In this document: piece after piece, positions 1 to 11,457 of the stretch
How positions within the stretch are numbered: position 1 is the stretch's first letter
Layout of the letters: each line of letters starts with the position of its first letter
Assembly (NCBI GenBank): GCA_951406725.2
Contig: OX597820.1
Coordinates: 107,880,001 to 107,944,000 of the forward strand
Direction of reading: 5' to 3'
Length of the DNA stretch: 64,000 bases
DNA from: Octopus vulgaris
Taxonomy: Eukaryota
The notes under the pieces: generated by a model
Told to the model about the DNA's origin: nothing
What the model saw: the letters and a program-made list of their open reading frames with translations, nothing else
Database searches by the model: none
Made by a program: the position numbers and the translations under genes

Positions 1-364
1 GTTATCTTTATGGGGAACCATTAGCTCAACAAGATAGGTGTGAGGAAAGGAAAAGAGTAAACTTTTTTCCTTTCCTCACACTTATCTGCAGCCACCTTCT
101 AAAACCATTCCAGTTTTCATGTTTGGTAGAAACTATTTTTCTTCTTCCAGTAGATCTGCTGCCTTGGACGAACAAAGGTGATAAAATCTCTGACAGATCG
201 CCTTTATGGTTTGTTGCCTCTGCAAATATATGCAGTTAGGTACTTTACAATATTAAAGAGAACCTTGAGAACCAAATTATGTTTCCAAGTATATCTGCCT
301 GGCACCAGTGAGCAGTTGGAAGGAATGGATTTAGATTTACCTATTTCCCTCTCCTACATGATCT

Positions 365-535
365 ATGGTTGTGTCATTAAGAAGTTTGCTTCTCAACCAC
401 ATGGTTTTGGGTTTAGTCCCACTGTGTAGCACCTTGAACTGATATTTTCTTTTATAGTGCAGGGCTGATATCAAAACTTCATGAGTGAATTTGGTAGAAG
501 GAAACTGAAAGAAGCCTTTTGAGTGTATGCACACA
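365..535 (+). mobile_element. Degenerate tRNA/CORE-type SINE (same family as 24405-24801)
   Basis: aagaagtttgcttctcaaccacatggtt...ttggtagaaggaaactgaaagaagcc aligns by eye with the 24.4 kb copy. Confidence 0.7.
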
Positions 536-537
536 TC

Positions 538-583
<46 letters not shown>

Positions 584-734
584 TATATGCACATGTAGAT
601 ATATATATACGTGTGTACGTTTGTGTGTGTGTGTGTAAAGGCAATTAGCTACTTCTCTAAGAGGCAATTAGCAGGTTCTCTAAAATTCGAAATAAAGACA
701 GGCATAAATTTCTACAGATAGATACAGATAACTA

Positions 735-1445
735 GTATCCTTCCATTAACCCTGCTATATCAAATAGTGCACTTATTTTTGCTAGAAAATGTACTAATCT
801 TACTATGTAAGTAATCAATGTAATACTAACAGCCAGTAGATCTATCATTAATTTTGACAATAAATTGTGGACCAGAAAAGATACTCCCAATTGTTTTGAT
901 ATTACAATGGGTGCGGCTGACTCCACACAAGTGACGGATCTTGTTGGTAGATATTTTCTATCAAACATGCATGAAGAATTCCCTGAAATCAGGGGAGGAT
1001 TGTACAGGAACGATGTTATTTTCATAGTTAAAAATGCTTCTAATAGACAATAAGAAATAATTAAAAAACTATTATACAAATTTTTTAAAGGATATGGTTT
1101 TTCTATTACTATCAAGAGAGATAATAACTTAATAAACTTTCTGGACGTTAATTTTAATTTAGCAACTGGTTTACATGAACCTTTTAGAAAACCCAACTTC
1201 ACTTTAAGATACATAAATTTCCAAAGCAATCACCCTAGATTGATAAAAAAAAAAGCACTTAATCTCCAATATTAGTAAACGAATAAAATACCTATCTTCC
1301 AATGAAGATATATTTAATAAACATGAGCATCACTACAATATAGCCTTATATAACGCTGGATATAAAAATAAAATAGAATACTGTAAACATAATAGTATTA
1401 ATAATATGAACATAACTAATTAATAATATGAATATAACTACCAAA
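735..1445 (+). mobile_element. Penelope-like element, reverse transcriptase fragment (degenerate)
   Basis: FDITMGAADSTQVTDLVG...GLYRND...NFLDVNFNL...PFRKPN...YINFQSNHP are typical PLE RT motifs; contains stops. Confidence 0.85.
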
Positions 1446-1449
1446 ATAC

Positions 1450-2452
1450 ATCATCAGGTGAGAGTGCGCACTGTTTCAGGGCTTACCTCTCAACTGTATC
1501 ATTGTGCAGTAGCCCCCACTCACTGATATGAGGCCCCGCTTGCTAGATCAACTAGTTATCAAATAAAGCTCAATATTCTAACCATCGCTCATTGTCTCTT
1601 TTTAACCAAATCCAGTGGCCAGGCTTTTCTACTGTGGTTTGGATATCATTCATGGTGGTATTCACTATATGATGATATAGCCCTAATGATAACAACAATC
1701 ACCTCACGCTGTGTCCAACGAATCCGTTAAATCTGACTTTGTTTGGAAAATGCTCCGTTTTCCAGCCTGCGTCTTCACATTCCTCAAGGAGGTTTACATA
1801 ACGGTCAATCTTTTGAGCCCAGGCAGCATCCATGTTGTCTTCATGAGGAACCATTAACTTGACTAAATTCACCGTTTTCCTTCTTTCACACCACATTATA
1901 ATATCTGGTTTTTTCACAACTGGGATGGGAAAGAATCCTTGGCACACTGGTAAATCTGCAGCCACCTGCCAATAATCCCACTTTTTATTGCTCACAGGAA
2001 GTTTCTTCTTATAACGGATCTGCAGTCCTGAATACACAAAGGTAATGAAATCTTTAGTTGGTTCTTTCCTCAGTTTTTTTCCCACTGTTGATGAGAGCAA
2101 TTTGGTTCTTTACAGCATTGAAGATAACCTTAAGGACCAGGTTGTGTCTCCATGTATATCTATTCAATATTAATGAACAGTTGGAAAGAATTTGCTTCAG
2201 TGTTCCAACCTTTCCACATTTGCATATATCATTCTCTGAGACATTCCATCTTACTAGATTTGTAGGCGATGGCAAGACATCATAAGATGAATGAATCAGA
2301 AAACTCAGCTGAGATGTAGTCCACTGCCATATCTCATTCCAACTTATTTTTCTCTCAACATGTTCCTAGCATCTTGTCATCTGTCCTTGTTGAGAACATT
2401 GGATCAAATGAAGCTCCCTTCTCTCTGTTTCCCTTGTTTTGACGCTGTTGCT
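1450..2452 (-). mobile_element. HERO-like RLE non-LTR retrotransposon, 5'-truncated, nested in the Penelope element
   Basis: PSPTNLVRW...CKCG...ILSNC...RYTWRHNLVL zinc knuckle and KPDI...LMVPHEDNMDAAWAQKIDRY...GWKTEHFP restriction-like endonuclease. Confidence 0.8.
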
Positions 2453-2454
2453 AA

Positions 2455-2885
2455 CTTAAAAAATAATACAAAAACAACTAACAATATTCCCTCATCTAAT
2501 ACACAAACATATAATAATTGTGATTGAAGAGTAAAAAATAATTGTTTATTTAAAAATTCATGTAAAAGTAAAAATGTAACATATCAATGTACAGTAATAA
2601 CTCAAGGTAAAAAACATATTTATATAGGTTTGATAGAGAATGCAATTAAAAAACGCATCACGACCCACCTGTATACTTTTAGTTATAGACAGAAATCTAA
2701 TTCTACAGGATTAAGTAAATTTATCTGGCAGTTAAAGGATAATGATATTAATTTCGATCTTAAACGGGATATAATTGCTTCTACACCATCTTATAAAGTC
2801 AATAAAAAAAATGTCTTCTTTGTATAACTGAAGTATTCTTTATTCTTTCATCTAAAAATACCCTATTTAACCTTCTCATGTTAAA
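2455..2885 (+). mobile_element. Penelope-like element, GIY-YIG endonuclease fragment
   Basis: Cys-rich linker, then NVTYQCTV...YIGL...KKRITTH...STGLSKFIWQLK...CLLC; partly repeated at ~4015-4250. Confidence 0.85.
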
Positions 2886-2923
2886 TAGGGGCATGTATAA
2901 GTGATCTGGTGAGAGAGAGAAAG

Positions 2924-3104
2924 AAATATTCTTTTCTACCCTAGGCACAAGGCACAAAATTTTTGGGAGGGGCCAGTCGAATAGATCAACCCCAGTACAC
3001 AACTGGTACTTAAGTTATCAACCCTGAAAGGATGAAAGGCAAAGTCGATCTTGGCAGAATTTGAACTCAGGACGTAAAGACAGACGAAATATTGCTAAGC
3101 ATTT
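2924..3104 (-). mobile_element. SINE, 5'-truncated inverted copy of 3658-3862
   Basis: Reverse complement nearly identical to 3694-3862. Confidence 0.8.
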
Positions 3105-3657
3105 CTATGAGAAGAGTGTTTCCTGTGTTCACACGGGAAAATATGTATTTTCCAAATTTAAATAATGAGTTTATTATCTTTTTTGCTACAATAGTTTCAC
3201 ACTCTGCCTCACCCCTAGCCCTACTACTATTATTGAATTTTATCTTAAATGTGATATAATTACTTATGAACACCTTTTATCAAGTCAACACTATAAATAT
3301 TTTATATCTTATATTTAGATAACAATAGTTTTATTTACTCTTTCTTCCAGAAATAACCTATCCAATCTTTGAAATGCGATAAATATTTTATATTATATAT
3401 TAATGCAGTAATATCAGTATCTCTCAAATTTTAACTAACTCTTCTATTCCCTTAAATAGAAATTACTATATCTCCTTTTTCTTAATCTCATTCTTAATGA
3501 TTATAAACCATAATTTATAATTTTTTGTCCTGAAATACCCTATTCTATCCTTAAAACAAGAAAAACATTTCATATATTCACGTAGAAATATAAGTCTCTT
3601 CAAAATCTTAATTTAACTGCTTTATTTACTTCAATAGTAATTTTTCTTTATTTCTAA

Positions 3658-3862
3658 GGTGGCAAGCTGGCAGAAACGCTAGCACACCAGGCAAAATGCT
3701 TAGCAATATTTCGTCTGTCTTTACGTCCTGAGTTCAAATTCTGCCAAGATCGACTTTGCCTTTCAGGGTTGATAAATTAAGTACCAGTTGTGTACTGGGG
3801 TTGATCTATTCGACTGGCCCCTCCCAAAAATTTTGTGCCTTGTGCCTAGGGTAGAAAAGAAT
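3658..3862 (+). mobile_element. tRNA-derived SINE (GGCAAGCTGGCAGAA...GAGTTCAAAT...GTAGAAAAGAAT family)
   Basis: A-box/B-box-like motifs; related copies at 41933-42144 and 47365-47495. Confidence 0.8.
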
Positions 3863-4544
3863 ATTTCTTTCTCTCTCTCACCAGATTACTTATACATGCC
3901 CCTCTAATCACATAGCTACACTATTAATAATAACCCCCTCCCCCTGACCTCTACCTAACTAATAAATATTTAACATATATACCTAATTCTATTTTATTCC
4001 TTTACAAATAAGTCTAAGTAAAAATGTAACGTATCAATGTACAGTTATAATTCAAGATAAAAACGTATTTATATAGGTTTGACAGAGAATGCAATTAAAA
4101 AATACATCATGATCCACTTGCATACTTTAGAAATAAAGAAATAAAGAATTACTTGCATACATGATTCACTTGCATACTTTTAGGTATAGACAGAAATCTA
4201 ATTCTACAGGATTAAGTAAATTTATCTGGCAATTAAAGGATAACAATTAATTTCTACTAATTAACTTTTTGAACACCTAATGATTAATTTTCTAATGCTA
4301 TTTTACCTTACCATTGCTATCTTTTATATCAGTTATCCAATATTCCAGAACAGAAGTGCTAAACTTGATAATTTTTGTATCTGATATTTTCCATGTAACC
4401 ATTTTCATTAACTATTCTGATAAATCCTCAACTATATGTCAACATAAGATATGCACTTACATCATTATGTTAATATACCTTCTGCATATATTTAATTCTC
4501 CATCTTATATTCTCATATATAAAAAGCACCATCCGATCATGGCC

Positions 4545-4745
4545 ATTTAACAGCCTCGTCTGGCACGTAAAAAGCACCCACTACATTCACGGAGTGGTTG
4601 ACATTAGGAAGGGCATCCAGCTGTAGAAACACTGCCAGATCAAACTGGGACTAGTGCAGCCTTCTGGCTTCCCAGACCCCAGTTGAACCGTTCAACCCAT
4701 GCTAGCATGGAAAGCAGACGTTAAACGATGACGATGATGATGATA
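4545..4745 (+). mobile_element. RTE LINE 3' end with (GAT)n tail
   Basis: tggcacgtaaaaagcaccc...ccatgctagcatggaa...gatgatgat matches the tail of 5872-6880. Confidence 0.8.
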
Positions 4746-5217
4746 TTCCTTTATATAAATAGCTTTGTATATTATTTAATTTAATTATTTTAATAATAGT
4801 TTTATTATTACTGTATTATACCTATAAATTTTTATATATATACGTTTCCAGTCGAATATATACCCCTTACTTATATGTAATGAGCCTATGTAAATATATA
4901 TATATGTATATATGTATATGTATATATGTATATGTATATATAAGTATAAACTAATATGTGTGGGCTTTTGATAAGCATATATAATTATATATAGATATCT
5001 TAATCTGTATATATTGGTGTACATATGTATATATGTATTTTGTATATATATATATGCATGTGTATAGATAATAATACTCTTCAATCGGTGTATAAATAAT
5101 TTTTTAATTGGTTAAATATTACTTTATCTGTTATTATTATTATTATTTATAATAATCTAAAACCTAAGATAAGTTATAATGAAAAATATATCATATATAT
5201 CATATATATATATATAT

Positions 5218-5742
5218 ACAAATATGAGAGAGAATCCACTATGTGGACGCCCTTATGCTAAATAGAGATCCGCATGAGTCACAACCACTAAGAATTGTTC
5301 TCAAGAAAAATTTAGCCCACTATGAACGTAAGCGAGCAGGACAAATGAAAAATAACAAAAATATAGATTAACCCCATACAATTGTCTCACTGTTAAACAA
5401 TTATGCAATTTTACTTACACAATTAATCTGCAGATCATCAGTGAGGTCTGTCATAAAATATAATTTGTCGAACTGCACGCCAGATATTAACATGAGGTCA
5501 AAAATACGAGTAGTTCAGCCTATTATATTCACAGTTATATTCAAATGCCCTCGTTCTAGCGCGCCAAATTCCCGGAAATAAATACTGCATAAATAATTCA
5601 CTGCAGTAGTTTACCCCGGTTTGAAAACATATTAATTTAATGTGCTAAATTTTTCTTGAGAACAGTTTTTAGGGGTTGAGACTCATGTGGATCTCTCTTT
5701 AGCATAGGGGCATCCACATAGTGGATTCTCTCTCATATTTGT
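5218..5742. mobile_element. Non-autonomous inverted-repeat element with a hammerhead motif (Penelope-derived, inferred)
   Basis: ~100 bp inverted arms 5218-5316 / 5644-5742; degenerate hammerhead at 5371-5447 (-). Confidence 0.6.
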
Positions 5743-5871
5743 GTATTAATAATATTTACTGAATCTCAGTTTTTTATGCGCTAAACCACTGGTGTTAAAT
5801 TGATGTTATTAAATTAATATCCAATTTTTTCACCCTCGTTTTGATTTTGATATATATATATATATATATAT

Positions 5872-6880
5872 ATACTGGCTTCATTTCTTGCAAGCTTATG
5901 CATATCCTCAGCAGTCACGGCCCATGTTTCACTGCCATGGTGCTACATGGCAGTGAAACATGGGCCGTGACTGCTGAGGATATGCATAAGCTCGCAAGAA
6001 ATGAAGCCAGTATGCTCCGATGGATGTGTAATGTCAGTACTCATACTCGGCAGAGTGTAAGTACCTTGAGAGAAAAGCTGGACCTAAGAAGCATCAGTTG
6101 TGGTGTGCAAGAGAGACGTTTGCACTGGTATGGTCATGTGGCGAGAATGGATGAAGATAGTTGTGTGAAAAAGTGCCACACCCTAGCGGTTGAGGGAACC
6201 TGCGGAAGAGGCAGACCCAGGAAAACCTGGGACAAGGTGGTGAAGCACGACCTTCGAACTTTAGGTCTCACTGAGGAAATGACTAGAGACCGAGACCTGT
6301 GGAAGTGTGCTGTGCGCGAGAAGACCCGGCAGGACAAGTGAGTCCATAACCTGTGGCCTTCTACATGGGATGGAGCCAGCCTACGTATGCATACCTTCCC
6401 TTCTGGGGACACAAAACTCTACTTGTGTAGACCTGTTGAGGCAAGTGAGGATCAGAATCGAAATCGATCAATGGAAATTGCAGATGTGTTACCAGTGCCG
6501 GTGGCATGTAAGAGAACCTTCTGTATCACGACCGTTACCAGCGCCGCCCCGACTGGCCTCGTGCCGGTGGCATGTAAAAAGCACCATCCGTTCATGTCCG
6601 TTGCCAGCCTCGCCTGGCCCCCGTGCTGGTGGCACATAAAAAGCACAATCCGTCCATGGCCGTTTGCCAGCTCTGTCTGGCACCTGTGCGGGTGGCACGT
6701 AAAAAGCACCCACTACACTCACGGAGTGGTTAGCGTTAGGAAGGGCATCCAGCCGTAGAAACACTGCCAGATTTGACTGGGCCTGATGAAGCCTTCTGGC
6801 TTCACAGACCCCAGTAGAACCGTCCAACCCATGCTAGCATGGAAAACGGATGCTAAACGATGATGATGATGATGATGATA
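5872..6880 (+). mobile_element. RTE-clade LINE, 5'-truncated, with 5' foldback, repeated 3' UTR and (GAT)n tail
   Basis: LHGSETWA...MLRWMC...RRLHWYGHVARM...GRGRPRKTW C-terminal motifs, stop at 6341. Confidence 0.9.
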
Positions 6881-6984
6881 CACACACACACATATATATA
6901 TAACAAAGTGGAGTTGTAGGGTACCGCACGAGTGGAAATATATACGAAAGAAGGTTTGAAAATGCAATTTTAAAAGATGTTTAT

Positions 6985-7029
6985 TTACTTTACCGGTTTC
7001 ACTCTTTGGAAAAAGATTGTCAAAAGTAA
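6985..7029 (-). ncRNA. Minimal type I hammerhead ribozyme motif, U3-A8 core variant
   Basis: ttactt-TTGACAA-tcttt ttcc aaaga gt-GAAAC CG GTA-aagtaa; 6 bp stem I; stem II has a 2-nt excess. Confidence 0.55.
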
Positions 7030-8029
7030 CATGTAGAAGTTTGGTTGCGTTAATTATTGGTTGTTACAAATTTCTACATTACATATATACAGTCTTTGCT
7101 AACAGGGACATGTTAAGGACATAAAAAAGTTTAACAAGTTCCTTAAAATATTGGGCACAAAAGATTACAACATAAATAATCATTCTCAAGAACATGTTTA
7201 AGATAGTTTCCAGATGGAATTATTAAAAAGTTCAGTGGAATATTAGTATACACGCACAGAATATTATGAGTTCAAAAAGGTTTACATTATAATAGTAGGG
7301 AAGCTAAAACTGACCTGTCCACCATGTTAACTTAAAATTTTTTGCTACTTCAGACAAGTGTTTTCCTAAATCCAATCAGTACCATGCTATTTTTAATTGG
7401 CACACCATGAAGGTATCATATAGTAACTCTGCTAATTTGGAGCAGCTTATGCATCGCATAAACAATAGCAAAATGCGACAAAGATTCAGTAACCCACCTA
7501 CTGGATCTAGCAAGCATTTACATCTAAATGCCAACCAAGGAGATGTAAACCGTATTGATAATCATCAATGCTCACATTTTTGCTAATGCTTGTATGAACA
7601 TGTGTACTCATGCCATGCAGCTTGCCCAAGGGCGTTTATACATACATGTCTGTTAACGGTTATTTTCAATACTTTTCTCACTGGATTAAGTGTTCATTTC
7701 TTTTACTATTCATTTTCAACTACACGTGTTTCATGAGGTTGCATACTCTGTTCTTGAGGCATGCAGTCTCTTACAAAGCCTCCCCTTATATACAACCCCA
7801 ATCTTCAGGTCCACCTATCACCCGTTTATAACTTTATCTATCATTATATATTCCAACTTAAAAGTATATCAAACTAAACAGATGTATAAATAAATTCCTA
7901 GTATATCAAAACATATAGATGTGTAAGTAAATTCATTGAATCCTGCAGTTTAAGCCATAATTAAATTAAGAAGTAAATGTGAATTACGCCAAAAAATATA
8001 TATATAAATGAAAAATGGAAAATATATAC

Positions 8030-8860
8030 GAATGAATACACATTTCCATGTTCACACATACATATACACATGCACAGACATACACATATACACATATGCA
8101 CACGTACATACACACACACCAACACACATATACACAGATACATGCACACACTCGCACATGTGCGCACACATACCTCCCACACACACAACACACACCAATA
8201 CAGACATGCAGACAATTACACACACATGAGCATAAACACACATGCACATACATGCACACACGCACAACCCAATGCACACACTAATACACAACTCACATAC
8301 ACACACAATATATACATACACGTACACACATTCACACATGCATACACATATACATTCACATACACATATGCACACACACACATACGCATATATACGCATG
8401 CGCACGCACATGCACAAGCACACACACGCACGCAAACACACGCACACAAATGCACACATACCTAACACTCACAACCCCACGCATACACATACACACAACT
8501 GCATACACACATCCGCACACATATACACATGCACACATACACTCTACACTCACATACACATGCACATGCACACAGGCACGCACATACGTGTGCAAAAATT
8601 GCACATATACCTCCCCACACAACCCCTTGTTCACATACACATGCGCACAAGTGAAGAGAGACACACAACAGACAGCAACTCCTATCAAAATTCTTACTAT
8701 AAATTCTTCCTACGACATCAAGTGACACAAAGTCCAACCACACACATACATAAACAGCCACAACCACACACACATATGCACATACACGTGCTATTATTAC
8801 ACACACACACATAAAGACCTGCACACACGCACATACCAAGACTTACACACACATAACTCC
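8030..8860. repeat. Degenerate (CA)n/(CATA)n low-complexity tract
   Basis: Directly visible; source of the His/Thr- and Cys/Val-rich spurious ORFs. Confidence 0.95.
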
Positions 8861-9110
8861 TTCTCTTGCACTCTCCTGTCTTACAAAGACCTTTTTCTTC
8901 ACCCATTCCCTTCCAGTCATTTCAGGATGTGACCGTATGTGTATCATTGGCAATTTTCTTTCTTCGTCTTCCCTTCTTTGGACTTTTTCTGCATTTCTGA
9001 TGAAGAGCACCGCTCGTAACATGAAATCCTCTTTCTTTTCTTCCCTTTCCTGAGTGTCTTGTACCACGTCTTCACGTTGTTGCTTTTTCTTGCTTGTTCT
9101 TGTTTGGATT

Positions 9111-9112
<2 letters not shown>

Positions 9113-9191
<79 letters not shown>

Positions 9192-9198
9192 CATATAT

Positions 9199-9245
<47 letters not shown>

Positions 9246-9252
9246 CATATAT

Positions 9253-9305
<53 letters not shown>

Positions 9306-9323
9306 ATATATACTTACATATAT

Positions 9324-9363
<40 letters not shown>
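9113..9363. repeat. (TA)n microsatellite with compound sub-repeats
   Basis: Directly visible. Confidence 0.95.
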
Positions 9364-9365
<2 letters not shown>

Positions 9366-9649
9366 TCAACATCAACATCATTGTTTAACATCTGCCATCC
9401 ATGCTAGCATGAGTTAGACAATTTGCTTCAGTGCATATAAGTAATCTCTATCATTATATATAATTTAAACACTAATTTCCTTTATATTTATCATTCACTA
9501 TTAATATCCCTACTCTTTCTGTAAGCTACTTCTGATGTTAATATTAATTCGATTTAAAAAAATATATAGCCACTCTTCAGGTCAAAAGTGTAAAATAAAT
9601 GTATCTTAATAATAAATACCAGTTAACTGAAATTTTGATTGTTAATCTA

Positions 9650-10080
9650 ATATTAAATTTCTTAAATACCCAAATAAGCACAATGAATATTTAAGAAATC
9701 TAGCTATTAAAATAAAAGAAATGCAAAATATGGAAGGAATTATACTACAGTCAGATAAAACTAGGAACCTATGAGAAGTTAAATTATATGATAATCTAGT
9801 AGAGAAATAAATAAAAAATATAAAATTGTTCCTGAAAATACTCTTTATAATATAAATAAGGCCTCTAAATTAATCATGATGAAATATGAGTTAGACAATA
9901 AAACTGAACCTTATGTACCTATGCACTCTAGAATTACTTTAAAAGACCACAAGGATAGGTAAATTAAGTAAGACCATTTTAGATAAATATATTAATAGAT
10001 TAAATGAACTTAATTATCTAAAACTTTGGAGTAGAACTAATGATACTTTAAAATGGTTTAATAATACTTAAGATAAAAAA
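9650..10080 (+). mobile_element. Penelope-like RT N-terminal fragment
   Basis: SDKTRNL...RITLKDHK...GKLSKTILDK...LWSRTNDTLKWFN motifs, with stops and a deletion. Confidence 0.75.
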
Positions 10081-10203
10081 GGCACCATTTGAACATGATC
10101 GTTATCAGTGTCGCCTTCTGATGTTATTAATAGCATTCAGTAAATCACTATACAAATTCATCATTTTTTGCTAAAATGTCTTATTGATGAGTTTCGTTTT
10201 TTC

Positions 10204-10289
10204 ACTTTCCTGAAGAGAAAATTGTACTGTTTATACCATTTATTCTTTTGAATAATATCAGTGAAATTTTCGAAACATGTGTCGAAAGT
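10204..10289 (+). ncRNA. Minimal type I hammerhead ribozyme (canonical core)
   Basis: actttc-CTGAAGA-gaaaatt...aattttc-GAAAC atgt GTC-gaaagt: 6 bp stem I, 7 bp stem II, all core nucleotides present. Confidence 0.8.
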
Positions 10290-10331
10290 AAAAATATTTG
10301 ATTTATAATTGTGTTAAACTTCATTTATTTA

Positions 10332-10378
<47 letters not shown>

Positions 10379-10384
10379 ATATAT

Positions 10385-11120
10385 AATCTAGGGCCTCTGT
10401 CGGTCATGGCTGACCATGGATGATGTCATCCGTCCGTTGAGTTGTCTATTCAGTTTTTGCAATGCCTCCTGTGGCTGTAGAGACTGATGCAAGAGTGGCA
10501 GACATGTTTGCAGAGGTCACACCTATACGTTGAATTCGGTCTGTTGGCTGTCATTTCTTTTCTGCGGGCTCGGTTTTCAGCTGCCGCCACCCTCAAATTC
10601 TCTTTGCCGGTCTGCAGTTGTTTGTGAAGAGTGCCTCTCCAGCTGGTTCGGTCAGCTGCGAGATCCTCCCAGGAATTAGTGTTCATGCCAAGTGCCTTTG
10701 TATCCCTCCTGCACATGTCCCTGTACCTCAGCGTCGGGCGGCCAATGTTTCTCCACCCTGCAACAAGCTCTCCAAAGAGGATATCCTTTGGAATCCGACC
10801 ATCCTCCATACGGCAAACGTGGCCAAGCCAGTGCAGCCAATGTAGTCACAGCAAGGTGGGGAGGTCAGCACGAGACAGAACATCAGTATCGGTTACTTTG
10901 TCTTGCCAGGAGATGCCAAGTATGCATGGGAGGCTTCTGAGGTGGAAGGTGTTAAGCCGTTTTCCTGGCAGGCATACACGGTTCATGTCTTGCTGCCATA
11001 TAGCAGCGTGCTGAATATACAAGCACTGTACACAGCAATTTTCGTTTTCACTGTTAGCTTGGGGTTTGTCCACACTCTTGGCGTGAGGCGGGCGAATGTT
11101 GATTTCTCCACTGAACTTAA
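10385..11120 (-). mobile_element. RTE-clade LINE 3' fragment (second family)
   Basis: RLNTFHLRSL..ILGISWQDKVTDTDVL...RMEDGRIPKDILFGEL..GRPTLRYRD...CxxC..SH. Confidence 0.88.
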
Positions 11121-11324
11121 TAGAAAACACCCTCCCCAATGGTAAATCTAAATAACAAAGTAAACTCAGTGATAAGAAATCTACCCATGAGTAAAGATCT
11201 TCTACTACTATGTTTTTACTAATGAAATTCACCTTCCTGTCTTTATACCTACCCTCTTTGTAATGTTGGCAAATGGAATAAGTATAAAAATGAACGTTAT
11301 CAATTTAATTTTAAAAATTCCATA

Positions 11325-11412
11325 TGTGGCTGAAGAGTGCTCTACATTTTAAAACTGATGTAATACTTACATTGTTTAATTAAATGAAGTAGCATGAAAC
11401 GATTGTACGACA
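11325..11412 (+). ncRNA. Minimal type I hammerhead ribozyme motif
   Basis: tgtgg-CTGAAGA-gtgct...agcat-GAAAC gatt GTA-cgaca; intact core, one mismatch in stem I. Confidence 0.65.
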
Positions 11413-11457
11413 CTACCTTTGGATATACTTGTTGCTTATTTTGATTATATATATATA

